64,000 nucleotides of DNA, taken from NCBI RefSeq assembly GCF_009914755.1, contig NC_060947.1, one strand, 5' to 3'. This document shows, one piece after another, positions 1 to 15,164 of this stretch. This DNA comes from the human T2T-CHM13v2.0 reference genome, Homo sapiens. The notes under the pieces were generated by a model. The model was not told the DNA's origin and did not search any database. It saw only the letters and a list, made by a program, of their open reading frames with translations. Position 1 is the first letter of the stretch; the number at the start of each line of letters is the position of its first letter. The position numbers and the translations under genes are program-made.

Positions 1-744
1 ACAAATAGGAAACCAGAATATTGCATACTGGTTTCTGTAAGAGAGCTCAGATTTGTGGTTCATGAAGCACACTCAAATAGTAACAGTAGGTTATCAACCC
101 AGACCTAACCTAGTTTGCCTTTGTTAACTGGGCCAATTCCCACAGTAGAGAGCAGGAGTAGAATTTGCTGACCTACGTGCTACCCATGGCCCACTCAGGC
201 ACATTAAAGGATGGGCATCCATTTTCAGTATTCCTAGCTGAGCTGCAGTTTACATTAGAGAGGAGAGAAAACTGCAGCCACTGTATTTCTTGGCAAGTTG
301 CTTGAATAAAAATAGAGATCTGCTGACTAAGTATTCACTATATCTGCAGACATTTCCCAGCTGGGGAAATAAACTTTTTTCCCTAATTTTTCCCTTTTTG
401 AATGTTTACTTAAATTAGAACCTCAACCTTCCACCTTCCAAAGAAAAGATAAAATTGGGGGGAGGGGGAATTGGTGTTTTTAAAATACATTCATACTTAA
501 ATTTTAAAAATTCTGTATTTGTTCCAACTGTTCTTGACTGTTAATCCCAAAATATCTGCTTTCATTTTCAAGATAAAACAAGGGCTACATTTATTAGTCC
601 TTGAATCTACACATCAAAACATTTTTTTAATTATGAAAAGAGAATCTGAGCTCATATCATTACTTAATAAATATATTCTGGAACCATTGAAGATTTAGAA
701 CTATCTAGAAAGATTTTTGAGAGAAGGTATATTTTATTCATTCC

Positions 745-985
745 ACTAACACTTAACCACTTACTCCTTTCAGACTTTATTCTAAAAACTCTGCATATAT
801 TAAATTCCTTAATTCTCAAAGCAGTCATGTGAGATTGGCCTTATTACTATCCTCATTTTGCAGCTGAGAAAATTGTGGCATAGAGAGACTACATAACATG
901 TCCAAGGTCACACAGCCAGTGAAGCTGCGTTAAGATTCACACCAGGCAGTCTAGGTCCAGGAGCCACACTCTTAACCACCTTACT
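745..985 (-). mobile_element. MIR SINE
   Basis: Antisense MIR core: 'cattttgcagctgagaaaattgtggc...tccaaggtcacacagcc...ctcttaaccac'. Boundaries approximate. Confidence 0.75.
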
Positions 986-1584
986 ATGCAACTCCTCTGT
1001 AAAAATGATGGTGTTAAGAACTGACGTACATTTACTTTAGAAAAAAAGAAACATCAATTCCAAATGGAGCCATAATCTCAGATTTTCTACTTTTATTCTT
1101 CTGTCTTAATTCATGATAAAAGTACTGACCTTTCTGCTTAGTGATAATATCATGCCCCAGAGGAGAGATATAAAATGCTCTTGCCTCCAAGTGACAGTAC
1201 TATTAACGCACTCTAGGATAACAACAGCCCCCAAACTAACAATAATATTGCAGATAAGGCATGTGTTTGTTGCACACATTCAATGAGATAACACAAGTGG
1301 ACTTTCTTGTCAAACAGAAGGCAATTCATTCACATTAGCTGAATTAAAAGAGATTACAATACACGGTTTTCATAGTCCTTTTCATCTAAACAATTCCTTC
1401 TTTGCCAAGAAAAAAAACAAACAACCAACACACAAATAAAACTTTCATTTACCCAAACATGTATACTTGGATGCAGTGTGCTTAATTTCCTTATTATAAG
1501 AATGAGAGATACTGGGCATACCAAGCTCATAAAATTATAGACTTCAGTGATAATTTTCATGATTGTAGCATAGAGAGCAAGTAT

Positions 1585-1815
1585 AATCTAGTACTTAAGA
1601 ACATGGACTCCAGAACTCAATGGCATAAGTTCAAATCCAATTGGTGCATACTAACTATGCAGTCTAGCACAAGTTACCCAACTCTGTGCTAGTTTCCTTG
1701 TCTGTAAAATGCAGCTGATAAAAGCACCTACTTCATTAGTTTGTCCTGAGAATTAAGTGCACTAATCCATGTAGAACACTGAGAACATTGCCAGATACAT
1801 AGTAACTGCTATATA
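1585..1815 (+). mobile_element. MIR SINE
   Basis: MIR core 'caagttacccaactctgtgctagtttccttgtctgtaaaatgcagctgataaaagcacctacttcat'. Confidence 0.75.
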
Positions 1816-4584
1816 TACATCACGACAGCTACATGAAGGTTTTCTATTACTATAAATAAATGTGAAAAAGAGTAAGTCTATAAATCATCAAAGCACTTAT
1901 AGTCTATTGAAAGAAGAAAAATTGGTTATGTGCTGGTACCTCCCAAGCATGATGGCTAAGTACTGAGACTTCAAAAAATGGAATAAAATTTCTAGCATTT
2001 GAAAGTGCACAGCCCTTGAGGGAAGTGAGCAAGCACAATGGAGAAGGAGAATGGTTACAGCTACTTTTAAGGGAGCAGGACCTTTTAAATTAAGGTCCTT
2101 CTATGTAAGGCCAGTAAAGGGATATGTAATGGTGGGACAGGAACAGCTACAGCTGAGGCTGAAGAAAGCATTCTTGTTCTGTATTACATCAAGAGAAGAA
2201 TGCATGATCAACAAGTACAACTGGGAAGGCCAGAGGAGAAGGCAGAGCTCAAGTTGTAGCAATGGTGCACGGACTTTTCTTAAGAACATGGGTAACCAAT
2301 ATTCTAAGTTATCTCCACACTTGAAAGGTAAATATCTGCACCTCATACAACCTCCGGTGAAGTCTGATATTCACAGAGAAATGCCGCGTCTCTTTGTGTT
2401 TTCTTTGCTCATTTTGAAGAAATCATGGAAAGGGCTGAGCACCACATCCAGGATGATTTGTCATGGAACAGAGATAACACACATAGGACAATGAAACAAT
2501 CTTGACTTGAATTAATTCAATGGAAACAAGGTAACAAAAACGATAGTTGATCAAGAAAGTCCTACATAGTAGGCCCTGAAAAAAATTTTACTGCTTGATG
2601 AATGAGTCAATGAATTCTGTATATTTTGCATGCAGAATCCTGAGGGAAGTATTGTCTATTATTTTAGAGACAAACTACTTGGAGGCCTTGATTCAGAAAT
2701 ATGACTCAAGAACTAATATGGATGTGAACTCTGCTACGGCTTTAGGAAACGTGGTAATTTTCCATCACAAGGACATATTATATTTGGTTTATATTTTGAG
2801 AATTTAAAATGTTTCCAAGGATTTTATGAAGTCCAACAGCATCTTTGGAATGGATATACAATAAAGAGATGAAGCTGGAACACATTTGTCCAGGTCATTA
2901 TTTGAGGTTATTTATTCTTGAATCATGACAAACTGATAAAAGAAGAACAATGAATCACTTAGGTCAGGTCACAGAGTAAAACCTCAAGAAGGTCAAAATG
3001 GCAGTTTATTCATCTGACTAGTACAGGCAGCCAGTCTAGACAGGTCTAGATCTGAATATGGCTTTTGTTCAGAATTTATGAAAGTAAGCTGGGTCAATAC
3101 AAATTTCAAACTGGACAATTTATCAAATAATAAATCAGAGAAGTATAATATTTTACTGAGCTATTAAAATGTTTTAAAATATGAGTTCCATGAACACATG
3201 GTCACATATAGTAGCAGAAAAAGCACTATGATTGAAGTCAGACAAGTCAGATGTAGGGTTCTGATTCTGCTACCTACAACTGCATGGCCTGAGGGGAGCT
3301 GCTTAATCCTTTTCTCACTCCTTTCTCTAATCTGACAAAACTAGGACTACTTCATAAATACATGACAAAGGTTGTCATCATGTTTTTGTCATGCTCTGCT
3401 TCAAAATTAACAACAAAAAACAATAAGGCATACGGACATTGTAACTCTTCAAAAACGGTTTAAAACCCTGGTTAAGGGCATGATGACTCTATCATTGCAA
3501 AGATTATGGAAAAATTCTGAATATTACTTGAGAAAAAGGTCAGTGGATTTCTATGAAAAATGAGTATTTTACGTGTGTGAATATTTTTGATTAAAAAAAT
3601 CTATTAACTCTCTCTTTGACCACACAGAAACAGCAAAACAACTTTGACGACTTTCTGCACATAAAACTTATACATGAGGCATCCAACACACTGTCAGTTG
3701 ATGCCATTTAATGTCTAATGAAAGTCAAACGTTAGCCAAAGTTTACTTCTGGCCATATGACATAAAAGTAATTATAAACAGTAACAAAATCCTGCTGAAG
3801 TGCTTATTTGTAAACATAATTTATAGCATAACATTTCCCAAACTCTACTTTGTTCATCTCCTTTCCAAGTTTTCGTTTTTGTTTTCCCAATTAAATAACC
3901 CAAACCAGTTCCTACATGCTGAATTTGGAAATAAATATAGATCAGCCCCAGGACCTGCATGAAAATTAAATTCTTACATATTCACTTCTGTCATTGAGTT
4001 TAAATATTTGGTGTTGCTACACAAAATGCTTTTAATGTTTAGTTTTTATGAATTTTCTATTCGCATTCCAATTAATCAAACATGATATTATGAAAGGATT
4101 CAATAACTGTGTAATAGCATATAAGTTGTAGACTTCATATGTGGATGTATCTAACTTAAGGCCTATGGTTTCTAATAAAGACACCAGATGCTGTACATCT
4201 CTTGGCCATCTGGCTCTATCTGAATACCGTCGTTTTTTTCACCTTTTTCCCAGAATGCAACTCAACCAATTAAAACCATTCTTGTTATACATTAAATTAC
4301 AAATACTAACACATCATAGCTTTGAGAACTTAAACAAGATATCACCATGGCAAGGTTACCAAGTAAAAATGCTCAAGTAATATGTTTCAGATACACCAAT
4401 GCACAGTGTACAGAAATGTCCCAGATTTCTTTCTTCCTTGATTATTCTATAACTCACAATGAAAACTTGTTTATACTTAAATTCTCCATTATGGTATATA
4501 TAATGACAGATAAGTAAAGAATCTGTGAGATCTATTTCAACCCCTTCATTTTATGAGTCAATACAGACCCAATCCCCACAATTA

Positions 4585-4655
4585 AGCAATATAACCATGT
4601 AACAAACATGCACATGTACCCCTGCATCTAAAATAAATTTAAATTTTTAAAAAAC
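4585..4655 (+). mobile_element. L1P 3'-terminal fragment
   Basis: 'ccatgtaacaaacatgcacatgtacccctgcatctaaaataaa' followed by an A-rich tail, matching primate L1 3' ends. Confidence 0.7.
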
Positions 4656-5859
4656 CTATAGCCAGGAGCTACAACTTGTCTTCTGTTTTTCCATGAAACC
4701 ATTGTTAATTTCCATACAGATTTGATGAGAAAATAGTCAATAAGGACATGGAATAATAACATATTTTTCAATGAGACATTATTCAGCTTTTAAATATGAT
4801 AAAGAAGGGGCACTCAATAAATGAGCTCTTTCCTCCATTTTTAAAAGTCATTGTTTCAAGTACTCTATCTCATGTCCTGCCACGTCCCACCAAGAATGTT
4901 GGTGCAGAGAAGTAGAAAGACTTGGGAACAAATTAGTTCTTCCAGTGAAACTTGTAAAACAGTGAGAAGGAGAGCTACGTGGCAAAGTGTTCATGGGTAT
5001 GGTTTCCAGCAGTCAAATCCATGCTTTTCTGAGAAAGAGAGAGACAAGCACTCCCCTACATCTTCCTGACTCAAGTCAGTCAGTCTCAGCTGCAGTCACA
5101 CAAACCTCACATTCACGTCCAATAGCCATTCCTATAGTGAGCAAAAAGCTGTAGCTGAGTGTGGGTCAGTGTAAAAAAGCAAAAAAAGGAAATCTTCATA
5201 GAAGATTTTACAGATGAGAAATTTACAACTTTCTCATGGGAAGAAAGAGAAAATCCTATGAGTTAGGGGAAATTTCACTAGGGAGATAGGTCTAAAACTA
5301 ATTTTTGAGCCCTAAATTGCTGGCAGTACCTTTCAGTTCTATTAATTTCAGTAAATTTTATCTGCAGTTGGCAGAATCATTGCTGCTACCCATTTGATGG
5401 TTATAGTTGCTGTGGGTGACATTAGCCCATTGCCATCATAACAGATGTTAAGCTGCCTGAGAATGCTGTCATTTCACTGGAAACAGATCACTCATTACAA
5501 GGCAAGGAAGAAAACATAGATTTTGCTCTGTTAAGCTTCTGGGTAGTGAAAGACTAACAGTTCCCAGAGTGCTAACAAAACAGCTAATACAGATGCGACA
5601 AGAGTACTTCTGCATAGGAAGTATTACAATCCATCTAAAGTAAAAGAATGACGGTCTACCAAGCTTCAGACACATGCACAATGGTTGAAAAAAAATGCCT
5701 TACTGGGCTATGGCAGGAGGTATAATCATTGATACTAATTGCGAGCTTGAAGTTCACTGATAGCAAGTCACTAATTTAACACAGATCAATGTAAGGATTT
5801 GTAGTTTTTGCCCTTGAGGATATGACCTAGTAAAAAAAAATAATTAAAACTGAACAGTA

Positions 5860-6185
5860 ACAGAGTGAAGTTCCTAGTGAGGCAAATAAGAGAAGAGAGC
5901 AATCTCTAAGGGTTAGGTTAGTCAGGGAAAATTTCCTGGAGACGCTGCTGTTTCAAGCACAGGTTGGATTTTTCACAAGCCTAGGAGAACAGGGAAGATT
6001 CCAAGGCAGGGAAAGTAGCATAAACAGAGGCAGTGAAGACGGGCAAACATTGAGTGTTCAGAGTACAGTGAGTAGACTTGTTTAGCAAGAGTGAATAATT
6101 CATATAGGGAAGCAGCAGGAGCCAGTGGGAATAGAAAATTCATGCTGGATTATGGAAGTCCAGGACTGCCAGACTTGGTTTGGAA
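5860..6185 (-). mobile_element. L2 LINE fragment
   Basis: Purine-rich antisense L2-like text ('gtcagggaaaatttcctggag...ttccaaggcagggaaagtagcataaacagagg'). Approximate. Confidence 0.5.
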
Positions 6186-6402
6186 GAATGAATTGTCCAA
6201 ATATATCTTAAGGCTGAGAGTTCTGCATGGATGGCATTTGTTTAGGTTTATCTGAAGGAGGTATTAGAGTTCAGGACAAACAGAACACCTGTAAATGCTG
6301 ATATTATGTTTGCTCTGTTCAGAGAGGTTAATAAATTCTGAAAATGAAAACGCCATTAGCTATTTGCCCAAATAATTCTTAGAAATATATATATAATTTT
6401 TA

Positions 6403-6801
<399 letters not shown>

Positions 6802-7501
6802 TCATTTATTTTCAGAAACAAACTGAAGTTATAAACACTGAAGGAAAAGTTGATATATGCTTAGTTAAGATTCTAAGTAAAACTGTCCTAAAATTTCTTT
6901 AGGAAGGCCTAGCTACTGACAAAACAATCAAAAAGAAAGTGAAAAATTAGTCACTTAAACAATAGTTTGAAAGACTATTTGGCAAAAATGGAAACATTTA
7001 TGATATAAATTAATATTAAAATGCAGCATAGAAAATGATACATATACAACTGTAAAAATATTGAAATGCAGACTAATACTAAAAAGGAATGTATACATTT
7101 AGAAGATAGAGTTATGGGACTATAGACTATCTTTGTGTTTTAAAACAGATCTTTTCCAGTTATTTTTTTCTATAATTTGAAATAATAAATCAAGACAAAT
7201 AGGTTGATAATTTTAATCATCATGTTGGAAAATGGACAAAGGATCTAAAGGGACTTAGAGTCTAGTCCCTAGATTGAGAAAACAAAGCTGTCTGTTATGG
7301 TTATGTGGTTTGCATACCACTGCTCCCAAGGCTGCACCCAGGACAGACATCACTAATCAAACTCGACCACCTTTCCTTATCTTCACAGAATTCCCAGGAG
7401 CTACTATCCATATCTCACAATCTTCTCACAAGATGAAATCCCTGTGGCATCCACAGCCAATATATAGCTCTCTGTAGCAGATACTGGGGAGAATCTCTGA
7501 T

Positions 7502-7537
7502 TAAAAAAAAACAAAACAAAACAAAAAAAACAATAAA
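7502..7537 (+). repeat. A-rich (AAAAC)n microsatellite
   Basis: 'aaaaaaaaacaaaacaaaacaaaaaaaacaataaaa'. Confidence 0.7.
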
Positions 7538-8481
7538 AGCAGCAGATACCAAAATCCCATTTATCTCTGAATCCAGAGCTTCATTTCCCTTAGACCAAGA
7601 CTTGTCTTAAATAGATTTGTCAAATTCCTTTCTGGGCATAATTAAGCTAAGCAAAATTCTGGCAAGTACAAATCTAATTTAATTTTAAACATTTTGGAGA
7701 AAATATAATGAAAATACAGTAAGGACTGCTTGATAAATTCTATGTTTCATTTGCTTTGCCCATATAGCTTCCATTACTTCAGTGAACAATTTATTCAGGT
7801 AAAATATGCATATGCAGTTATCACTGACATGATATTTAAAAAGCATTTGAAAATTTCTTCCAATGTGTAAATATCTGCTAATGGACGTTGCTTCAATGTA
7901 GGGGTAAAAAAAAATCTTCTTTATTGTTGTTGTTGTTGCTGTGTGTGTTTAACCTTTAAAACTACCCTGATATATTTAACACTTTTTGTTCAAATACCTT
8001 GAGTTGATTTGTTTTGCCTGAGCTGAAAATCTCATCCAGGAGAACAGGAGGTGAAGGTTGCTTTGTGTGGTGGCCAGGACACATTTTTTGCGGGGGAAAA
8101 CAATGACTACATTCTGTCCTGATTATTGCTACCTGCACTCCTACTCCCCTTCCACTGTTCCCACAGGATCCCCTTGAACCATGTTCTTGCAATGTATCTG
8201 AATGTTCTGTCCAATGTTATTAAGCATAAAGGCAAGAATTACGGATGAGTGAAAAGACATGCCTGGGTGAAAATCCTTGGTGAAATTTTCTTTCTTACTA
8301 TAGGAGGGAAATACTGCAGGGACCAAACGTAGACAGCATTCAACAACAGCAACTCTCTAAAACACAATTGTGCCTTCATACCAGTGGATTCGCTCTTCAC
8401 AAGGCCTAATATGAGTGGTCACTCTTTGAGGTGCTGGATCGGCACTTACTCATTTTCGTGGCTCATACTTGCTACCTCTAT

Positions 8482-8925
8482 TGCCGGGTCTATGCCGCAG
8501 ACCCTGGCTGATGGATGAAATTAGTACTCAGACACACGTATGCAGTGTAACAGCAGGTAGATGACTGCCTGGCTCTAGTGGTCTGAGAGCAGCCCCGAGA
8601 AGCTGCAGCTGCTTGCTTTTATTCAGTGCAGGCAGAATGCCAAAAACCTGGAGCCAACACAACCTGTAGGTAATTAACATTTATTGTTCCCCTTTCAGGT
8701 GTGCAGATGATCAAAGGTCAGTTCCTGGTCAGCATAAGTAAACAAGCCTGTTTAAGATAAATTCCCCCACATTCCCTTGTACCTACTCCTTGCCCTCTGC
8801 CTCAGTGTTATAGAACAGCTGCCTTCAGCTATTCTCCCCTGGGGCTCTGCAGACTCTTCCCACCTTTCAGAAGGTTTCTGTCCTTTCCCTGCAGTTTTTC
8901 CCACCACTCTGACCGATGCCCCACA
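8482..8925 (-). mobile_element. ERVK solo LTR, LTR22-like (HML-5)
   Basis: Minus strand begins TGTGGGGCATCGGTCAGAGTGGTGGGAAAAA and ends ...GACCCGGCA (TG...CA). Poly(A) signal is 'tttatt' on the + strand. 6-bp TSD ctctat (8476-8481) / cactat (8926-8931). Confidence 0.8.
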
Positions 8926-8999
8926 CACTATACTATCCGCCAAGAGCTTCTCACACAAATTTAATTGTTCTTCTCCTTCACCTCTTTGCCTTTTGGTGT

Positions 9000-9150
9000 T
9001 TGCCTCTGTTATAGCCCTTATCTCAATTCATAAATCACTAGTATGCAAATTCCTTGAAAGTAGGGAATGTATTTCAGTAATTGTTGCAATCCCAGCAGAC
9101 TGCACAGTGCTTAGCACATAGTAGACATTCAATAAATTTTCATATATTGA
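9000..9150 (+). mobile_element. L2 3' end
   Basis: 'cacagtgcttagcacatagtagacattcaataaat' is the L2 terminal motif. Confidence 0.65.
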
Positions 9151-9584
9151 TTAAGGAATTACATTTATGGGTCATATATGAAAATTGGCAGAGCTCCCTT
9201 AATGGGATATAGGACCCAGGGTACATGGTGCAGTGTTCCTCCAAATGTTTATACTCAGGTGAAATCAGAACTATGGAGGGATAACAAGGGAAACTTTGAG
9301 TAATACATATTATTAAAGAAAAAATTATTCAAACACACACTTGACAAACTGGAGGTATGGGATAGAGAAGGAGGAAATGAAGATCTGTGTGATAAATTCC
9401 TACAGTAGACTGTAAGTATATGTATGTGTGTAGATGTTTTTGTGTGAGCAAGTGCCTGTAGGATTGGGGATAAAATGGAAACTTGAATATTATTCTATGA
9501 AACTTAGTTATAATTTCATGGACAATAAAAAGGTTGTGAAAAATTTGTAGCTAAAGAGTAATAAGCCCAGACTATACTTTAAAC

Positions 9585-9821
9585 CACTGGTTCTTAAGTA
9601 GGGATGGTATTGCCTTCCTTGTCCCCTCACCCACACCTCAGGGACATTTGGCAATGTCTGAAGATATTTCTGGCTGTCACAAATGGGAGTGTTGGTGCTA
9701 CTGGCATCTAGTAGGTAGAGGTCAACACGACTGCTAAATATTCTACAATGTACAGGGTAGGTTCCTTCCCATAAAGAATTTTCTAGCCCAAAACAGTATG
9801 TGCTGAGGTTGAGAAACCCAA
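9585..9821 (+). mobile_element. MER20 (hAT-Charlie MITE)
   Basis: 'agggacatttggcaatgtctgaagatattt...ggtgctactggcatctagtaggtagagg...gctgaggttgagaaaccc'. Confidence 0.85.
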
Positions 9822-10992
9822 ATTTGGACCAACGTTTCACAGAAAAATATTCATAAACATTACTCCCTTGAAATGTAACTTGATAAACTGTTACATTTAG
9901 GCAAAAGTGAAAATGCTGTTTACAATTTATCATTTTTTTTCATTCAAACTATATTTACGAAGCAACTTCTATTTGATGGACACTGTGTGCCCATTCCAGA
10001 AATATAACAAAAAAGGCAAATAAAATTATTACCACATGTAAATTTTATATGGAATTTTCATAAAGTAAATTAACATGCTATAGGCTGCGAAAAGTCCTGT
10101 CATAAAGAGATATATTTTAGTTTGTTTAACCCAGCATTTCCTAATAACATTTCATCACAATTCCCATTAAAAAATTTCTTTTATTAACATTCCTCAAAAT
10201 TGTCAGTATTTAAAACACAGTTCAAGGGACATAGCTTTAAGCCTATGAAGTGGGTATCAGTATACAAGATCACTGGACAGCCTGAATCCAGAATGCAGAG
10301 CGGTAAGCGAGGGCATTGTAATAGTTATAAAAAATAATAGCAATGGCCTACAAATAGAACATTAGTGGTGGAAATGTTGAGGAGAAGATGGATAGAAAAG
10401 ATACTTCGGAAGTAGAAGCAACAGAATTAAATGGCTAGGTGGCAAGGCAGAAATGAATAAAAGATGATTCTGAATATTTTAGCCTGGAACTTTAAGTCCT
10501 GTTTTCAACATTTTGAGATAAAAAATACACAGACAGTGAAAAATATAGGCTTGGAGATTAGGAATAGAGATTTGGAAAATATTTATAATGTAATCCTTGG
10601 CTTTAAATTTGATTTTCCAGGGTGAATGGGTAGAGGATTAGATATAAGACAAGCAAGATCAGAACATTAAGGGGCGCTGACATTTAGAGCGTGGGTGAAT
10701 AAAAAGTCGCTGAAACAGTGAAGAAACAGACAAAGGAAGAAATCTAGGGAATGCTGTGCTGTAGTAAAGGATCTTGGTAGATTCCTTTCTCTTTGTTCAT
10801 GAATGATGACATGGCAGAAGTAAGGCTTATATCTCTGACTTTGTTTCAACTGCATGAAGTGGCTCCTCCCTGGACCCTGCTGTTGTGTACTACTGTTCTT
10901 ATAGTGTACCATTCAGTATTACACGGTTCTTCACTATAGTGTTTATCTATGTCTTTTTTTCCCCAGATTTTCAATATTTATGTTTAAAATAG

Positions 10993-11561
10993 TTTTTCAA
11001 TATATTTTAAATGACAAATCATAGTTGTATATACATTTATGGTGTACATTGTGATGTTCTATGTATACAATGTAGAATGGCTAAATTGGGCTAATAAACT
11101 TATGTATTACCTCATATTCTTATGTTTATATTATGGTAAGAACACTTAAAATCTACACTCTTAGAAGCTGTCAATAATAAAATACATTATTATTAACTAT
11201 AGTAACCATGTTTTACAACAGATCTCTTGAATTTCTCTTATCTAACTGAAATTTTGTACACTTGGACTAACATTTCCCCGGTCTCTTCCCCAATGCGTGC
11301 ACCCCACTTCCCCAGTGGCTAGTAACCATCATCCTACTATTTGCTTCTATGATATCAAATGTTTAGATTCTACATATCAATGAGATCATGCAGTATTTGT
11401 CTTTCTGTGCCTGGCTTATTTCACTTAGCGTAATGTCCTCCAGGTTTATCTATGTTGTCTCAAATGACAAGATTTCCTTCTTTATTGTAAGGCTGAATAT
11501 TATTCTGTTGTGTACACACACCACTTTTTGAAATCTATTCATCTGTTGATGGACACTTAGG
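10993..11561 (-). mobile_element. L1MA 3' end (L1MA8/9-like), 5'-truncated
   Basis: Antisense L1MA 3'UTR: 'gagatcatgcagtatttgtctttctgtgcctggcttatttcacttagc...ctgttgatggacacttagg'. Confidence 0.85.
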
Positions 11562-12679
11562 ATTTAAATTTGATTTTCAAGGGAAACTGGGTAGAAAAAT
11601 TGGAGACAAAACAAAAACGATCAGAAAATTAAGGGGCCTTGACATTTAGGGTATGTACGTCTTGTTCTTTTTTTCTCAATATGCATTACCCTGCATCTTT
11701 CTTAAGCCTGGTACGAACACATACCCAGGCAGTTAGAGAAGTTTTCTACCAACTGCACTACTCTTTTCTTTGACATTCTCGTTTTATTCCATTTTCACTT
11801 TCCACAATTTTGAACCTTCAGTCTTCCTCGAGCTAGTTCAGTTTTAAGGGGACTACATCTGGCTTGTCAGCTTAACGCATGTTCTGTTATCACAGTTTAA
11901 GTATGGAAGAAAATATTAAGCGCAACTGTTAACTTTGGCCTGTGTTGAAAGGTTATCATTTTCTTGGCCTAGCTGGAGCACTCAAAGCTGTTCATTTGAA
12001 TTTTAAAACATTCTTGATAGTTGTCTTCACTGAATAAGCCCTGAGTCACACCCAGTCTTCTTGTAAATTAGATTGTTGGTGTTGCTGTTGTTTTTAAAAT
12101 ATCAAATCAAAATTTATATTTGACCATCTATGAGCCCCATTGATCTCATCTGTAAAATGCAGATTGTGGTTTGATACAAATACCTACTTCCAAGAGTTAT
12201 AGAGAAAATCAAACAAAATTATATATGAGAGAGGGCTTTACAAATAGAAAAGTATTGTAAAGCCTTACTTGTTGATAGCATCTTCATTATCATCATCATT
12301 TTACATTTATCTTAACTGTGATCAAGTTCATGTTAATTCTAGTCACATAAGTGAAAATGGAACTTCAGAAAGTTCACCCAGTACATAGTGTACACTCAAG
12401 ATCTAGCAAATCTGATTCCTGAGATTACACCAGTACTTCACTCTATTAGGGAAAAAAAAAAAATCTGTAATATAGGTCCTGATATGCTCCTCTATAGCCA
12501 GGGACTGCTAGTTGGCTACAAACTAGTCTTAGCCTCCTAGGACATTTAAAGGGAATGTTTTTTTCCTTTCAATCAATGAATTTGTTATTTTCTCAAGTAC
12601 AAAATAAGCTCATGCTTGCTTTTTACCTGCCCCACTGAAAAGCACAAATTTGGGAAATCAGAGACCAAGACTAACTAGA

Positions 12680-12860
12680 ATTAAAAATGAGTCAGAATAT
12701 TCTACCACATACTAGTTGAGTGAACCTAAACAAGTAACTTAATCTCTCTGTGCCTCAATTTTGTCATGACCATGAGCCTGATGACAACACTTACCTCAAT
12801 AGGTCATTGAGAAGATCAAAATGATTATCAGGCATATGGCACAATTTCTGCCTAATGTTG
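12680..12860 (+). mobile_element. MIR SINE
   Basis: 'caagtaacttaatctctctgtgcctcaattttgtcat'. Confidence 0.7.
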
Positions 12861-15164
12861 ACATTTTATATTTGGTAATAGCAATATCATTATTTTAAAA
12901 AATGAATTTGATTCCAGAACCTCCTCTGCTGTTGCCTGCTCAAACAAAATACCAAAATTAAATTTTATTGTCATGTCTGCCACATTACCTTTCCATTTCT
13001 TCCTACTACTTAGCAATTCCTTCCAGGCCGAGTCTCTGTCGTTATACACTAGACTTGAGCTTACACATAGATACACACATATTAAGCTCATGTTGGGCCC
13101 AGAGCACATTTCCCTATCTTGTTAGTAAGCATAACAAACTTCCTGGGTAAAGGAGTCCAAACTTTTGATCTATAGTATATAACTTTTCCAAATGATTTGC
13201 TTCTCCCACACACAGTTACATTATTCCTTTGCTCTATGCTTTCAGAAATTTATTGGTACCTATCAATGGAAAGGGCATATTTTACAAAATGACACATGCC
13301 AAGAGCAACTTTAATTTTGGAAAGAGATGTACTTTTTGCCCGTAACATTGTGCTATCACAAAGGACAAGTTGCAAATACTTTTATTTAGGAATCATCACT
13401 GTAAGAACTAGAAGCATGCTTCAGAAATATTTGCCACTGGAAACTGCAGTGGTGTGTCTAAGAGCAGAATTTCTATGTGTTTTAAATTCTCCCTTGAGGC
13501 TGGACAGAAAGAAAAATTATTCATAAACTTAGTTTTTATACAAAGGGATATACAGTAAAAACATTGAATGCACTTTACAGAAACGTTAAAATGCTAAATT
13601 TTAAAAAGCAACAATGGATAAACTATAGAAACACAGCATTGCAAGATAGTGAATCATGCAATTCATATGTGTTTTTTCAAAATAAAAAATAATTTAAGAC
13701 TATAAAATGACATTTCTGTATTCTACAGGCATTCTATGAATTATTAGTGGTAAGCTTAGTACTAAAATCAAGTTTATTTCTCAATTTAATGAATCGGTCA
13801 CCTGCTATATATTGTTGTCATTTTATAACTCAGGGAAAATGGCTTTTAAGATTTGCATATTCAAATAGTTAGACAAGCTGTGATATAGTAATGCAATAGA
13901 TGAATACCTAACTCTTAAATGACAAGAAGGTGAATAGTAGATTACATGGAAATTTCTATACAAAATAGTAGCCACTGATGGAATAAAAATACAACATAAT
14001 CCAGAAACACTATGTACACCATTCAAAAAACATGTTTTCACATTTATAAAGATTGGAAGATTATGCTGGAAAAGTTTTGCATTTGACATTTTCAATTCTT
14101 TTGATAGATCACTGCTTTGCTGCACAATTTATAAATGAAAACTAATTTGTCATCTTTGAAGAAAATTATAAAATCACAGGATTAAAAACTAATTTTAAGA
14201 TTATCTAGTCAAATATCCCTTTACCCACTTCAAACCATAAACAATCAGCTTTAGTATCCCACGTGTCACAGGTGATACAGGAACATAAGCACTAATCTGC
14301 ACTATATTAAAAAATAAATTCTGACCACTATAATGGGAGAACGAATCTTGATGTGCTGCTCTCAAGAAAATGTAGACATGGGTCCATTTGAAAGGAAATA
14401 GAAAAGAAAAAGATCTATAAAATCATTGGGATTGAGTGACTGCAAGAATTTAGTAAAAAGATCAAAGAAGAGATAACAGATGCATCTGACTAAATAATGA
14501 CTAAGAAGCTGCTGTGCAAACTGTCTACAGGAATTAAAATTCTAATAAGATTTGGAAATTATAGAGGCAATTTGAATGGTATAATGAAAAATAATGGGAT
14601 TAAATTGGGAAAGGTACATTGGTACCTGAAATAGAAAATAAGCCCCCAATTTTCAATGGATGAACTATATCAGAATGGGAAGTAATATTAGGGAGGCAGT
14701 AAGATCCTTTAATGCCCAGCACGCGTCCACATGATATAGTTCAAAGCTCCAGAAAACAGAAGCACTGTACAGTTTGAAAGGGGACAAAATGACCTGGGAC
14801 ATGTTTGATCTTCCTTTTCTCTAATTCCTTCTCTTGAGTAACCCATTTGTCTAAAGTGACCACAGCTATCTTTTCATTTTGTCTTTCATTGCCTAACCTA
14901 TCTGGAAAAAGCAGATATCCCTTTCTGACTCTGTGAACAAACAAGCAAACAAAACTCAGAAGAGTCAAATACATCGTAGAAATCAGAAGGTAATTTAACT
15001 AAAGCTTTTCTTTTACCTACAGCATGGTATTCTTCCTTAAATTGCTAATAATCTTTCTATTTCTCATGTATAAAATGAATATACGAATTCTTCACCATCA
15101 AAGCTCAATGAGTATAATAGTCACCCTATTTACTGAATGCACTAAAATGCTTTTAAGATATGCC

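Noticed and set aside
2051-2494. 147-aa ORF in non-repeat sequence
   Set aside because: No recognisable domain, and no promoter or CpG-island context; a length like this is expected by chance in 64 kb.
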